A stretch of DNA of 64,000 nt from Candidatus Cryptobacteroides sp. (GTDB lineage: Bacteria > Bacteroidota > Bacteroidia > Bacteroidales > UBA932): NCBI GenBank assembly GCA_045598165.1, contig JAZLLN010000088.1:56588-120587 (forward strand). Direction: 5' to 3'. Every line of letters begins with the position of its first letter. Positions within the stretch are counted from its first letter, which is position 1. Positions 1 through 10,945 of the stretch are shown in pieces. A model generated the notes under the pieces. That model did no database searches, had not been told where the DNA came from, and saw only the letters and a program-made list of their open reading frames with translations. A program made the translations under genes and the position numbers.

Positions 1-1077
1 GCTGAAAAGCTCAGCTCCCAAGTACCCGGTTCTCCGGAGGAAAACAAAGAAATCTCAATTTCAGAACCTGAGAAATACTCCATGATAGCCCACCTTTTCC
101 ATCTGCATTCCTGGCTGCCCGTATATGTGAATTACGATGCCGTCTCCAACCTGAACATGCAGTCCCTGGCTTCCGATGCGGGCCTCGGAGCGACCGTTCT
201 CTTCCACAATGATCTCAATTCGATGCAGGGCATCGTCGGATACTCAGCCTGGAACCGGAACAGCGGATGGAGACATTCCCTTCACGGACAATTCACCTAC
301 AGCGGCTGGTATCCGGTAATCGAGGTCTCCTTCGACCTTAACGACAAAGATGCAGTTCACTACCTTCCCCAATCATACTACAGCAATTTCGACAGGAAAG
401 AATCATACGTGACCCAATCACTGGACATCCCGTCCTTCCAGAGCAACGTCAGAATGTACGTACCGCTGCAGTTCTCTTCAGGAGGATGGAGAAGGGGAAT
501 CATCCCGGAGGTCAATCTCCGTTTTACCAACAACTGGTTCAGCACAGGATTGAAGAATATTCCCATGACAAGCATAAATGCCAGAATCAGCGGCTACATT
601 ATGCGACCCGTCGCCTCCTCCTGCATTTACCCGCGCCTCGGAATAGGGGCGGAAGCCGGATACAGCAACTATATCGGCCTCGGCCATTTCTCAACCCCTG
701 CGGCCTATCTGTCCTTTTACGGATATCTCCCGGGCATTCTCCGCACACACGGCATCAGATGGGACGCATCCCTGCAGAGCCAGACGGAAGTGTCCTCCAT
801 TCTGCGGCTGCGCTATGCTTTCCCGTTCGCGGCAGTGGACTGGTCCTTCCTGAGCCCTGTGGCCTACATCAAGAACTTCGAATTCTCCGCCGACTGCCGT
901 TGGCAGCACTATTATCCCACTGACAAGGATTCCATTACTTTCCTCGGCACATTGTGTGCACGGCTCGGGAATCTTCTGTGGATACCCTACGACACCCGCA
1001 TTGGCGTGAACGTTTCCTACACTCCCGGCATCTCCAAAGGTCCCGAATGCAGCCTCGCTTTCAGCGTGGCCATGTAA
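1..1077 (+). CDS. C-terminal part of a hypothetical outer-membrane (beta-barrel-like) protein, 5'-truncated by the window edge
   Basis: Frame 1 is open from base 1 into the ORF called at 82. Alternating aromatic beta-strand-like segments. No diagnostic motif recognised. Confidence 0.6.
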   Translation, partial: AEKLSSQVPGSPEENKEISISEPEKYSMIAHLFHLHSWLPVYVNYDAVSNLNMQSLASDAGLGATVLFHNDLNSMQGIVGYSAWNRNSGWRHSLHGQFTYSGWYPVIEVSFDLNDKDAVHYLPQSYYSNFDRKESYVTQSLDIPSFQSNVRMYVPLQFSSGGWRRGIIPEVNLRFTNNWFSTGLKNIPMTSINARISGYIMRPVASSCIYPRLGIGAEAGYSNYIGLGHFSTPAAYLSFYGYLPGILRTHGIRWDASLQSQTEVSSILRLRYAFPFAAVDWSFLSPVAYIKNFEFSADCRWQHYYPTDKDSITFLGTLCARLGNLLWIPYDTRIGVNVSYTPGISKGPECSLAFSVAM

Positions 1078-1080
1078 TCC

Positions 1081-4000
1081 CTAAAGATTGAAACCGCGGA
1101 TTTCCGGCTTGATGATCCTGTTGTCCCCTTCCCATGCCTTCAACGTCACCGTGCGCTTCTCGTGCGGCATCAGATGGAAATAGTTGTCAGAGATGACGGC
1201 GGGAAGTATCTGTTCGCCCGTCCCGGCATCCCTTGCAATGATGCGTATCATCATCGCCGGTGTGTCGGACAGATTTTCAAGAGTCAGCCTGTCTCCCTCC
1301 ATCCTGTATTTCACCTTAGCCTTCGGCAGTCTGTGCAGAGCCTTGAAATTGTCCGTATCCCTGCCGAGCACATAGAAGTTCTCCGAAAGCAGGCGTCCTT
1401 CCGCATCGGTCAGCTTCAGGCTGTAATAATAGACAGCCTGACCCTCAGGTACGCCGAGGCCGAAACATCCGACTGTGCTGTCCTCCCTGCTCGAAAGGGA
1501 GCATTCCGATGCCGACAATTCCCTGCCGTACATATCCAGAATTGACGCGGAAGCTTTCAATCCTGTCAGATTTCCGGCACTGACGTTGACGACCTCGACC
1601 CTGCGGATTGCCGGATTCCATTGTATGTGAAGCGGTTCACAGGCCTTACGGCAGCCGTAATAAGCACCGTCCGTGTCGAAATAGTAATCGTATGTAAAGA
1701 ACACCAGATCCGGCCAGGCGCTGTGGCTCATCCAGAGGGTAAGGCCCCGGCGCTCCGCACTGCGGGATTCGAAGATTGCCCTGTAGCCGTCATAATTGAC
1801 CCACTGGGCCCATTCGCAGAACTGCTCCGCATCCTCAGGTTTGCCGAACATCCCCTCAACCGCCGAATTGAAGGTCCCGACGCTCTGGGCACTCTCACAG
1901 GTATAGTTGTGATATCCCCACATATTGTCCTGAGGCCACAGATGCTCCTCAGGAATAAAGCGCACCAGACTTTCGTAATTGGGGACATTGGGCATTCCAA
2001 GTTCGCTGTGGAACTTTTCCTGTCCCCAGGAGGTGAAGGTCTGCAGGGCACTCCTGCGGCAATAAGGGCCGTGTCCGCTCACGATTTCCCTTGAAGAATC
2101 CGGGAAATAAATCATTCCCGGGGCCAATTCCCCGACCAGATCCCTCAGGCCGCTATCCAGTCCGGCGGGGGGAGAACCCTCATTGCGGCCACAGTACAAC
2201 GCAATGCAGGGATGATTCCTTATCCTCCGCACATAGTTGTCCGCATTCCTCAGGAACATCTCCTCATCGTCGGGTTCGGGACCGTCAACAGGATTTGCAA
2301 GCCAGAAATCCTGCCACACCATAACACCGTATCTGTCGCAGGCCTCATAGAATTCCTCGTCTCCGGTCTGCCCCACCCAGTTGCGGATAATATTGAAGTT
2401 CTCTCCCGCTTCCAGTCCGACAGCCATGTCGTACTCCCGGGCCCGATAGCGCAGCAGGGCTTCTGAGAAACCCCAGTTGCCGCCGCGGCCGATGAACCTC
2501 CTGCCATTTACATAGATACTCAGCCTTCCGTCCGACGTGTCGTAAGTCATTTCGCGGAGCCCGGTCCTGAAGCACAGACTGTCCGACACCAAACCATCCC
2601 GGGAGGTCTTCATACACACGTCATACAGTTCCGGACTGCCGTATCCGTTGGGCCACCACAGCCGTGGTTTTTCTATTTTCATCGTTTCCCCCACTTCAAA
2701 CCTCGCTCCGGCCGGGACTCTGATGTCTTCATTGATCTCGCAGTCTCCCAGACTCGCCGTCCACAGAGTCGTGATGTCATTGGAAGAATGGCTGGAAAGC
2801 GTCGCTCCCACAAACACGTCGGCGGAACCGTCCGGATTGAGTTTTGTCCTCACCACGGGATCGGAAATCGTCACCGTCCCGGTACTGCTGAAATATACAT
2901 CGTTCCAGATGCCTATGTTGCGGTCGTGGACACTCGGCATCCAATCCCATCCCACGGTGGCGTGGAAAGTGGGGTTATCCGCTCCGAGTTTACCGCCGTT
3001 CCTCGCACAACGGGCATACGTGTCAGCTTTGTTGGAACCGGGATGGTCCGGACGATGAATATAAACCTCAATCTCATTGTCTCCCTGCCTGACTATGTCC
3101 GTCACGTCAAAATGAGCGTCGGTAAACGCCCCTTCTATCCTTCCGAGCGCCGTACCGTTGAGGCTCACGTCCGCCTTCCAGTTGATGCCGTCAAAATTGA
3201 GCCACGTCCTGTCTCCCCGGCCGTCATAGCGCATCACTCCCCTGTATATGAAATCGTTCAGGAAATATGACTCCGATATCTGGGTATTGTTGTCGCCGAA
3301 GAAGGGGTCCGGGACAGCACCGTCGTCCAGATAGGATGTAAGCACCGTTCCCGGAACGGTTGCGGGAAGCCAGGCTTCGGGATTGTCCTTCTCCGGTACG
3401 CGGGCCAACTTCCATCCGGTATTCCTCTCCTCGATGTCATTGCTGCCGTATATCTCCACTTCGCCGAGAGAGAAAGGATTAAGGTCAGCAGTGGCGTCAA
3501 GTTCAAGTCTGACATAGCGGGCTCTGCCCTTCAGGGCGATTTCATCGGGAACACCCGCCCGAATATATGAAGAAGCGCCTTCAATATCTGCAAGCTTTCT
3601 CCACCGGGCGGCATCGTCGGACACGAGCACCCTTCCGGAAACCGGAGGATTATGCCAATATAACTTCATCGAGGACAGGCTTGTCCTCGCTCCGAGATCT
3701 ATGTACAACCACTCGCTTTCCCCGCTGCGGCTCACCCAGAAACTGCTGAACACAGAGGAAGGGCGTACCTCTATCTGTCTGCCGTCCCTGTAGAATTTCC
3801 ACTCGTTGAAAGTGAAGGAAGATGCCGTCTGGCACGATGCCAGAAGTTTGAATCCTCTGTATTCCCCGGCGGGAAGCGCTGTATGGAGATTGATGCTCCC
3901 TCCCCCGGCCAGCACTTCCTCCTGCGAAAGAGTACCTTCCCATCTGCCTGCTTCCTCCCATTCCTTTCCGTCCCGCGTAGCCAGAATTACATAGCTGTAA

Positions 4001-4371
4001 GGAGCGTATGTTATTGTGTTCTTGCACTGGAAGGTGGCAAAATAGCATATTGCATCCGTATTTATGCTGCATCCCTCACACTTGAGTTCCAGCTCAAAAC
4101 TGTTCAGGCTGCAAGTGAATTTCGACTTGTCCCTTTCGTCAAGAAGCCAGTCCGCCTCCTCACGCGGCACCGGCTTGCCGTTCAGCCAGAAACGCATGGA
4201 TGCCGGAGCGGACTGTTCTTTTATCCCGTCCGTCACCAGCTGGGCCGTAAGATTATAATCCGTGGCGGAAGACGCCACCGCAGCCCTGTGAAGGGCAACA
4301 TTGCGCTCGGGCAGGGGATTGCAGGCAAACGCGAATGCCAAGGGAATCAGGAGGAGAGTTTTTGCATTCAT
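1081..4371 (-). CDS. Glycoside hydrolase family 2 lipoprotein (beta-mannosidase/exo-beta-glucosaminidase-like) with N-terminal discoidin (F5/8C)-like domain(s)
   Basis: Lipobox AFAC; WLYIDLG...ARYVRL discoidin-like segment; GH2 motifs NFNIIRNWVG, YEACDRYGVMVWQDFW, GRNEG (acid/base) and HSELG (nucleophile). Confidence 0.85.
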   Translation of the reverse strand: MNAKTLLLIPLAFAFACNPLPERNVALHRAAVASSATDYNLTAQLVTDGIKEQSAPASMRFWLNGKPVPREEADWLLDERDKSKFTCSLNSFELELKCEGCSINTDAICYFATFQCKNTITYAPYSYVILATRDGKEWEEAGRWEGTLSQEEVLAGGGSINLHTALPAGEYRGFKLLASCQTASSFTFNEWKFYRDGRQIEVRPSSVFSSFWVSRSGESEWLYIDLGARTSLSSMKLYWHNPPVSGRVLVSDDAARWRKLADIEGASSYIRAGVPDEIALKGRARYVRLELDATADLNPFSLGEVEIYGSNDIEERNTGWKLARVPEKDNPEAWLPATVPGTVLTSYLDDGAVPDPFFGDNNTQISESYFLNDFIYRGVMRYDGRGDRTWLNFDGINWKADVSLNGTALGRIEGAFTDAHFDVTDIVRQGDNEIEVYIHRPDHPGSNKADTYARCARNGGKLGADNPTFHATVGWDWMPSVHDRNIGIWNDVYFSSTGTVTISDPVVRTKLNPDGSADVFVGATLSSHSSNDITTLWTASLGDCEINEDIRVPAGARFEVGETMKIEKPRLWWPNGYGSPELYDVCMKTSRDGLVSDSLCFRTGLREMTYDTSDGRLSIYVNGRRFIGRGGNWGFSEALLRYRAREYDMAVGLEAGENFNIIRNWVGQTGDEEFYEACDRYGVMVWQDFWLANPVDGPEPDDEEMFLRNADNYVRRIRNHPCIALYCGRNEGSPPAGLDSGLRDLVGELAPGMIYFPDSSREIVSGHGPYCRRSALQTFTSWGQEKFHSELGMPNVPNYESLVRFIPEEHLWPQDNMWGYHNYTCESAQSVGTFNSAVEGMFGKPEDAEQFCEWAQWVNYDGYRAIFESRSAERRGLTLWMSHSAWPDLVFFTYDYYFDTDGAYYGCRKACEPLHIQWNPAIRRVEVVNVSAGNLTGLKASASILDMYGRELSASECSLSSREDSTVGCFGLGVPEGQAVYYYSLKLTDAEGRLLSENFYVLGRDTDNFKALHRLPKAKVKYRMEGDRLTLENLSDTPAMMIRIIARDAGTGEQILPAVISDNYFHLMPHEKRTVTLKAWEGDNRIIKPEIRGFNL

Positions 4372-4388
4372 AACTCCGTAAAGTTAAT

Positions 4389-4396
4389 TATCTTTG
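4389..4396 (+). promoter_or_regulatory. Bacteroidota -7 promoter element (TATCTTTG)
   Basis: Matches TAnnTTTG, 5 nt before the ATG at 4402. Confidence 0.65.
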
Positions 4397-4401
4397 CATA
4401 T

Positions 4402-4995
4402 ATGTCAAAATTCACCGAAATAAGTTTCACCTGCCCCGAATGCGGAGAAAGCGGCGTCTTCAAGCGCTACAGCGGTGTAAACGCCGCCGAAGACCCCGAA
4501 CTCAGGGATGAGGTGCGCACAGGCAGGCTTTTCGTCCGAGAATGCCCGAAATGCGGACACAAGGACATAGAAACCAGCCCTTTCCTTTATACAGATCCGG
4601 AGCTAAGGGTGATTCTCGCCCTTTCAAAAGAAAAATTGAATGCCAGCGGCGAAATTCCCGGATACACGGCAAGGCAAGTGTCTACTGTAGGGGAACTTAT
4701 CGAAAAGCTCAAGATTTTCGAAGCCGGATTGGATGACATTGCCATTGAAATGTGCAAATACGTCACCTCTCAGGAACTCTGCAGGGACGTGGATCTGAAA
4801 TTCTGCGGAATGAACGGTCCAGATCAGGAAATAAGCCTCACATACCCGGAAAAAGGGCAGATGCAAATACTTGAGATAGGACTCAACGTCTATAACGACT
4901 GCTGCGGCATCCTGTCGCGCAACCCCCTCATCGCCGAAAAAGCGAAAGGCCTGGTCCGTGTGGACCAAGCCTGGCTTTCAAATTTTATCGGATAA
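4402..4995 (+). CDS. CpXC-domain (double CxxC zinc-ribbon) protein
   Basis: FTCPECG...DPELRDEVRTGRLFVRECPKCG...FLYTDP. True start placed at ATG 4402 behind a -7 element; the ORF-track extension to 3883 overlaps the GH2 gene. Confidence 0.75.
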   Translation: MSKFTEISFTCPECGESGVFKRYSGVNAAEDPELRDEVRTGRLFVRECPKCGHKDIETSPFLYTDPELRVILALSKEKLNASGEIPGYTARQVSTVGELIEKLKIFEAGLDDIAIEMCKYVTSQELCRDVDLKFCGMNGPDQEISLTYPEKGQMQILEIGLNVYNDCCGILSRNPLIAEKAKGLVRVDQAWLSNFIG

Positions 4996-6138
4996 CTAAA
5001 GTTTCCTTGCTCCGTCGGAGATGACCACGTCGTAAATCTTGGGACTGTGGCCGAACTTGGCGGTGAACTGCTCTTTGGCGGCCTCGATGAAAGGCTCGTA
5101 GAGTTCGTCCTTCACGAGGTTGATGGTGCAACCGCCGAATCCGCCTCCCATCACGCGTGATCCGGTGACATCCATCTTGCGGGCAAGTTTGTTGAGGAAG
5201 TCCAGTTCTTCGCAACTTACCTCATACAATCTGCTCAGGCCGAAGTGAGTCTGATACATCATTTCTCCCACGGTCTCGTAATCACCCCTTTCAAGGGCGT
5301 CGCAAACGTCAAGGACCCTCTGGACTTCACCTATCACATACTCCGCACGCAGGAAATCCTCTTCGGGAATCTCACCGCGGACCTCGTCCAGCCACAGGCG
5401 GTTGCAGTCGCTGAGGAATTCTATATCGGGATGGTTCTTCTTGATGTGGGCGGCCGCATTCTCACAGGACTGACGGCGCTTGTTGTAAGCGGAAGAAGCC
5501 AGTTCATGCTTGACGCAGGAATCGATGAGTACAAGTTTGTAACCCTCGGGATTGAAGGGGAAATACTTGTATTCCAAGGTTTTGCAGTTCAAACGGATAA
5601 GGCTGCCCTTCTTTCCGAAACAGGACGCAAACTGGTCCATAATGCCACAGTTGACACCGCAATAGTGATGTTCGGTCATCTGACCTATCTTGGCAAGTTC
5701 AAACTTGTCTATGCCGTTTTTGTTGATATCTTCAATCGCAAAGGCAAAGGTGCTCTCAAGTGCCGCGGATGATGAAAGGCCGGCTCCGAGAGGAACGTCT
5801 CCCGCAAAAACAGTATCGAATCCGGCAACCTTTCCGCCTCTCTTTATCGTTTCGCGGCAGACTCCGAATATATAGCAGGCCCAAGCCTGTGCCGGTTTGT
5901 CCTCCTCGTTGAGGCCGAAAGTCACCTCTTCGTTATAATCAAGGGAAAACGCTCTGACCTTGTCGCTTCCATTCAACTTGATTTCTGCAATGATACCGCA
6001 GTCGATGGCTCCGGGGAACACATACCCTCCGTTGTAATCGGTATGCTCACCGATAAGGTTGACACGCCCGGCCGAAGCATACTGGACACCGCCTTCTCCG
6101 AAAATTTCCTTGAATTTCTCGTGAATTCTTGTTTTCAT
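4996..6138 (-). CDS. galK: Galactokinase
   Basis: GRVNLIGEHTDYNGG, PLGAGLSSSAA, CGIMDQ and GSRVMGGGFGGC GHMP-kinase motifs. Confidence 0.95.
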   Translation of the reverse strand: MKTRIHEKFKEIFGEGGVQYASAGRVNLIGEHTDYNGGYVFPGAIDCGIIAEIKLNGSDKVRAFSLDYNEEVTFGLNEEDKPAQAWACYIFGVCRETIKRGGKVAGFDTVFAGDVPLGAGLSSSAALESTFAFAIEDINKNGIDKFELAKIGQMTEHHYCGVNCGIMDQFASCFGKKGSLIRLNCKTLEYKYFPFNPEGYKLVLIDSCVKHELASSAYNKRRQSCENAAAHIKKNHPDIEFLSDCNRLWLDEVRGEIPEEDFLRAEYVIGEVQRVLDVCDALERGDYETVGEMMYQTHFGLSRLYEVSCEELDFLNKLARKMDVTGSRVMGGGFGGCTINLVKDELYEPFIEAAKEQFTAKFGHSPKIYDVVISDGARKL

Positions 6139-6159
6139 AATTTATGCAATTGGTTATAG

Positions 6160-7260
6160 TTATACGTTAAAAAGGAAATGCATAATGTCTCCGTCCTGCA
6201 CCACATACTCCTTGCCCTCCACTCCCATCTTGCCGGCAGTACGCACTGCAGCTTCCGTCTTGTAGTTCACGAAATCTTCATATTTGATGACTTCTGCACG
6301 GATGAAGCCCTTCTCGAAATCGGAATGGATCACTCCCGCAGCCTTCGGGGCCTTGTCGCCCTTGTGAATGGTCCATGCGCGGCATTCATCGGCTCCCGCG
6401 GTAAAGAAAGTCTGAAGGCCCAGAAGGTGATACGCCCCCTGAATAAGCCTCACGACGCCCGATTCACTGAGCCCCATCTCTTCGAGGAACATCTGGCGGT
6501 CCTCGAAGGAATCCATCTCCGCAATCTCGGATTCCGTCTTCGCGGAAATAATGAGAATTTCAGCATTCTCATCCTTTACCGCTTCACGCACTGCATCCAC
6601 ATAGGCATTTCCGTTCACAGCCGAAGCGTCATCCACGTTGCATACATACATCACGGGCTTGTTTGTAAGCAGGAACAGGTCACGGGCTATGGCTTCCTCC
6701 TCTTCGTTCATAAGAGCCACGCTCCTGCAGGATTTGCCCTGGAGAAGGGCTTCACGGTAACGTGTGAGCACGGCCGCAAGTTTCTTTGCGTCCTTGTCCC
6801 CGGCCTTACCCGCCTTGTCGGCCTTACCGAGTCTTGACTCAACCGTCTCGAGGTCCTTGATCTGAAGTTCCGTATCCACAATCCCCTTGTCTCTGACAGG
6901 ATCCACACTGCCGTCCACGTGGACAACGTTTCCGTCATCGAAGCAACGCAGCACGTGAAGAATTGCATCGCACTCCCTGATATTTGCCAGGAACTGATTG
7001 CCGAGACCCTCACCCTTGCTGGCACCTTTCACAAGGCCCGCAATATCCACGATATCCACCGTAGCGGGGATGGTCCTCTGCGGTTTGCAGATTTCCGACA
7101 GCACGTCAAGCCGCCTGTCGGGCACATTGGTTGAACCGAGATTAGGCTCTATCGTACAAAAAGGGAAATTGGCGCTCTGCGCCTTCCCGGAACTTACACA
7201 ATTGAAAAGGGTTGACTTGCCGACATTGGGCAATCCCACGATTCCGCACTTAAGTGACAT
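6160..7260 (-). CDS. ychF: Redox-regulated ATPase YchF (Obg family)
   Basis: [46 protein letters not shown] and C-terminal TGS domain ([13 protein letters not shown]). Confidence 0.97.
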   Translation of the reverse strand: MSLKCGIVGLPNVGKSTLFNCVSSGKAQSANFPFCTIEPNLGSTNVPDRRLDVLSEICKPQRTIPATVDIVDIAGLVKGASKGEGLGNQFLANIRECDAILHVLRCFDDGNVVHVDGSVDPVRDKGIVDTELQIKDLETVESRLGKADKAGKAGDKDAKKLAAVLTRYREALLQGKSCRSVALMNEEEEAIARDLFLLTNKPVMYVCNVDDASAVNGNAYVDAVREAVKDENAEILIISAKTESEIAEMDSFEDRQMFLEEMGLSESGVVRLIQGAYHLLGLQTFFTAGADECRAWTIHKGDKAPKAAGVIHSDFEKGFIRAEVIKYEDFVNYKTEAAVRTAGKMGVEGKEYVVQDGDIMHFLFNV

Positions 7261-7350
7261 CTCTCGTTGTTTTTACAAACTTAACTATTTTTTTGCAAAG
7301 TTTTTTCTGTTTCTTTATTTGAGTCACGCAAAAATAAGCCATCTTGCCGT

Positions 7351-8133
7351 ATGATGATATCTTCAGTCTCTGCGGCCGTGCTTGTGATTGTGGTGTTTTG
7401 GAACGTCGAGAATTTCTTCGGCGACAGACCGTATTTCTCCGCCAAATGCAACGGGATAGCAAAAACCGTTCTGCAGATTGCAGACCACGAGGGCAAGATG
7501 CCCGAGATAATTGCCCTGGCCGAAGTCGGCGACAGGAAAGTTCTTGAAAGACTGGTTTACACGACAGCCCTGAGGAAATACGACTACCGCATCGTGCATT
7601 ATGATTCGCCGGACAAGCGCGGCATAGACTGCGCCCTGCTGTACAGGAAGTCAAAGGTGAACGTAATCAGGTCCAAAGCCTGCCATCTTTATGACTCCAC
7701 TGGAGCTGTGATGAACACCAGGGATATCCTCCTGTGCGAATTCGACACACTCGCCGTTCTGGTCAACCATCATCCTTCAAAAGTAGGGGAGGGCAGCAAT
7801 GAAAGAAGGCGCATCGCAATGGACAGAATGAACGGTCTGTGCGATTCCTTGGAAAATGCCGGGATCCACCGGATACTGTGCATCGGAGACTTCAACGACA
7901 ACCTCTGGGGCACCTTCTCCCAAGGAACCATCAAATACAATGGACAATGGGAAAAAATAGACGGACACTTCTCAAGAGGACTCGACCCTACTGAAGAAGT
8001 GTTCGTATCATCTTTTCTTCTCACCAAAGACAGCAAGTTCGGTGGAGAGAAACCCCTGCGAACCTTTTCCGGACCCCGGTACCTCGGAGGTCTCAGCGAC
8101 CACCTGCCCATAATAATAAAGACCGGCCCCTAA
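7351..8133 (+). CDS. Endonuclease/exonuclease/phosphatase (EEP) family protein
   Basis: [36 protein letters not shown]. Confidence 0.85.
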   Translation: MMISSVSAAVLVIVVFWNVENFFGDRPYFSAKCNGIAKTVLQIADHEGKMPEIIALAEVGDRKVLERLVYTTALRKYDYRIVHYDSPDKRGIDCALLYRKSKVNVIRSKACHLYDSTGAVMNTRDILLCEFDTLAVLVNHHPSKVGEGSNERRRIAMDRMNGLCDSLENAGIHRILCIGDFNDNLWGTFSQGTIKYNGQWEKIDGHFSRGLDPTEEVFVSSFLLTKDSKFGGEKPLRTFSGPRYLGGLSDHLPIIIKTGP

Positions 8134-8168
8134 AAGACCGGTCTCCATTATAGAATCTGAAATTGTTT

Positions 8169-10256
8169 TTAGAAGAATCTTGCCCTGTTGTCCCTGACGT
8201 CGGCGTCATCCATCATTACAGGGAGAATCATCTGTGAACTGTACTGAGCCTTCTGGCTGTTCATCATCCTGGCATCGTCAGCTGTGTAGAAAGATTCCGT
8301 ATCGCGGCTGTTGACGACAAACACATAAGTTCCGACAGCACCTGCAACCGGTCCTGATATTGTGTTCAGGGGAGCCTTGAACATTGCGCCGAGAGCTGCA
8401 GGATCAATCTGTGCGTTCATCGTTGAGAAGGAGATTTCCTGATCCTTGTTCACAGTGGAATTGAGAGTGGAGGCAACCTCATCGATGGATGCAATCCCGG
8501 CTATCTTGGCTGCGACATCTTCCTTGGCTTTGGCATTGCGGGCCTCGGCGTAAAGCATCTGGCTGATAGGAGCTGACACCTCTGACAAAGGAGCATAACC
8601 CTCTTTGTGAATCTCCTTGAGAGCGGCAATGAAGAAGAAGTTCTGATTGACGGTTATAATCTCCGAAGACTTGTTCTTCTTGGCATCAAATGCCCAGCGT
8701 GTAACTTCCTTGGCATTGTCAACCGCTCCATAGGAAGAAGTGGCCTCAGTGATCTTCATCTGGTGGGAATAGACTCCGAGAGAGTCAACAGCCTTCTTGT
8801 ACCCCTCAAAGGAGCCTGCTGCAATGGATGCGAACTTGTTGGCTTTTGCATAATACTCGTTGAATGTCCCCTCGCTTGCAAGAGCTGTTTTTTCGAGGAT
8901 GGCAACTCTCTTCTTCGCAACGGGAGCCGTCTTCTTTGAAACAAGGACAACGTGGCTTCCGTACCTTGTGTCAATGATATAAGGCTTGCCGACCTCGGCT
9001 GTAAGTACGGATTCGAATCCGGGGATCATATAAGTCTGGGTCATCCAGCCGATATTGCCGATTTCTCCGTCAGCCATCGAGCCCTGGTCTGCGGAATAGA
9101 CTGCCGCTGTCGCGGAGAAGTTCGCACCTTTCTTCACAACGTCCAGAAGGCTGTCTGCGAGATGCTTCGCTTCCTTGCCCTGGAGAAGAATGTGCTTTAC
9201 ATATACGGAATCGGGAATATTTGCAGTTTCCACCACCTTGGCGGCATAGAATGAGTTGCCTGAGCGGATGATGGGAGATACACCCTTTGCCTCTCCGAAC
9301 ACAAAGCTGTTGATGTCGGCATTCACGGTATTGAGTTCGCCTGCCTTGTACCAGTAGTCGGACAACTGGCTCTCGGAGTTCTTGAGAAGGAATGCCTTCA
9401 TATTGTCAGTCGTTCCGAATTCATCGTAAACCGCAGCCATCGCCTCGTTTGTAGCATTGATGTCTCCCTCTGAAGGAGTGACTTCGAACACTACATACTC
9501 TATGTCGCGGCTTGCGTTCTGCTTGTAGAACTTCTTGTGAGCCTTGTAATAAGCCCTGACATCGGCCTCACTGACCTTAATGGTGCTGTCTACGGCAAAA
9601 CTGTAGGGAGCAAGCACAAAGTCAACATTGGCCTTAGTGTTGTTCATTGCAATTTCAGACTCTGCCTGAATGGCGTTCTGATAATAGCTGTTTGTGAAGA
9701 GAGCGCCATACTTGGCGTAGAACTGCTGGGTAAAGACGGTGTTCTGGATATAGTCCCAATAAAGCTTGAGATTTCCGGAAGGGTCATTGCTTATATTCTT
9801 GACAAACTCCACGACATTCTCTCTGGAGAATTGTCCGTTCTGGTCAAGGAACATAGGATTCTGAGCAATGATGGGAGAGATTTCGTCTCCGGTGGTCAGA
9901 GCGATCAGCTCATCATTGCCAACACCGATTCCGGCCGCTTTCGCGTTCTTGATGAAGAGATATCTGTCAATGAGCTCCTGCCAGGCGGCATTGCGGATCT
10001 GCTGGCTGGTCTGCTCGTTCTGCACGGATGAACCGGTGATGATTTCATTGATAGTCTTGTACCTGTCAATGTCCGACAGGAAATCCGAATAGGAAATGGA
10101 CTTTCCGGCAATGATGCCGACGTCATTCTTGGGATTCATGGTCTGAGCGACTGTCTGAAGAGTGCTCGGGTCAATGATGAATGACAAAAGGGCCAGTGCG
10201 ATGATGATTGAAATCGCCAGGCCGAACTTCACGCGTATTTTTTCAAGTACCGCCAT
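8169..10256 (-). CDS. ppiD: PpiD/SurA-N-domain peptidyl-prolyl isomerase (periplasmic chaperone)
   Basis: MAVLEKIR N-terminus with TM anchor; parvulin motifs VKHILL, YSADQGS, GNIGW, TRYGSHVV. Confidence 0.85.
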   Translation of the reverse strand: MAVLEKIRVKFGLAISIIIALALLSFIIDPSTLQTVAQTMNPKNDVGIIAGKSISYSDFLSDIDRYKTINEIITGSSVQNEQTSQQIRNAAWQELIDRYLFIKNAKAAGIGVGNDELIALTTGDEISPIIAQNPMFLDQNGQFSRENVVEFVKNISNDPSGNLKLYWDYIQNTVFTQQFYAKYGALFTNSYYQNAIQAESEIAMNNTKANVDFVLAPYSFAVDSTIKVSEADVRAYYKAHKKFYKQNASRDIEYVVFEVTPSEGDINATNEAMAAVYDEFGTTDNMKAFLLKNSESQLSDYWYKAGELNTVNADINSFVFGEAKGVSPIIRSGNSFYAAKVVETANIPDSVYVKHILLQGKEAKHLADSLLDVVKKGANFSATAAVYSADQGSMADGEIGNIGWMTQTYMIPGFESVLTAEVGKPYIIDTRYGSHVVLVSKKTAPVAKKRVAILEKTALASEGTFNEYYAKANKFASIAAGSFEGYKKAVDSLGVYSHQMKITEATSSYGAVDNAKEVTRWAFDAKKNKSSEIITVNQNFFFIAALKEIHKEGYAPLSEVSAPISQMLYAEARNAKAKEDVAAKIAGIASIDEVASTLNSTVNKDQEISFSTMNAQIDPAALGAMFKAPLNTISGPVAGAVGTYVFVVNSRDTESFYTADDARMMNSQKAQYSSQMILPVMMDDADVRDNRARFF

Positions 10257-10313
10257 TTTATGGTTAATTTTTGATTAATATTCAATATGGGCTGCGAATA
10301 TAATAATTTTCCG

Positions 10314-10943
10314 TCACTTTTTGACCAACGGACCTATAAAATTAACAGAATCAATCACTACCACAGTCGTATCCTTCACGGTAACGGCATATCCGTTGAA
10401 AGGTCTCAGCAGAATTGAATTGCGTGCCCTGTCATCAGACCGCATTCCGTATCCCTGCATAAAACCGTCCGGAGAATACATTTTCACATAACAATCCGTG
10501 TATATTTCCTTTTTCTCCCGATCCCAGTATATGGTATCCGTCTCCATCGTCTGCTGGTTGATGACATTGTGTATCACTACATTGCCGAAGGCTTCCCATA
10601 ATTCTTTCCTGTTCCTCTTTTTCCCCGTTATGTGCCTTGCGTTGTCTGCCGCAATAAGGGATTCAAGCAGGCCCTCGTCCGTGTAGGAATAGACCGTGAA
10701 TCCTTTGGGGAAAGAATCCCAGGATACCGTATCGGTTTCGAAATGCTGCATCAGGTCAGCCTCAGCCCTCATTATGACCACACCGTTCCTTGTCTGGACT
10801 GCAAACATATTGTCAATTGTTTGCAGCGGTGTTGTCTCCAGATCGAGAGCGTCCTCGGCATTCCTGCCACTGCAGGAAATCACAAGGATAGCAACCACTG
10901 CGGCGGTTGCTATCCTGATACTGATATGTCCTGCACCCAGCAA
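10314..10943 (-). CDS. lptC: LPS export ABC transporter periplasmic protein LptC
   Basis: FPKGFTVYSY, WEAFGNVVI, METDTIYWD, IYTDCYVKM; conserved position after the TPR gene. Confidence 0.8.
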   Translation of the reverse strand: MLGAGHISIRIATAAVVAILVISCSGRNAEDALDLETTPLQTIDNMFAVQTRNGVVIMRAEADLMQHFETDTVSWDSFPKGFTVYSYTDEGLLESLIAADNARHITGKKRNRKELWEAFGNVVIHNVINQQTMETDTIYWDREKKEIYTDCYVKMYSPDGFMQGYGMRSDDRARNSILLRPFNGYAVTVKDTTVVVIDSVNFIGPLVKK

Positions 10944-10945
10944 AA

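Noticed and set aside
3883-4401. N-terminal extension of the 370-aa ORF
   Set aside because: Overlaps the GH2 gene antisense; the -7 element and CpXC domain boundary point to ATG 4402.
6911-6926. Palindrome GTCCACGTGGAC in ychF
   Set aside because: About 11/16 match to parS with misplaced outer bases; explained by the VHVDG codons.
8117-8143. Repeated AAAGACCGG and a GACCGG/CCGGTC hairpin between convergent EEP and ppiD genes
   Set aside because: Only a 6-bp stem with no clear U tract; too weak to call a terminator or repeat element.
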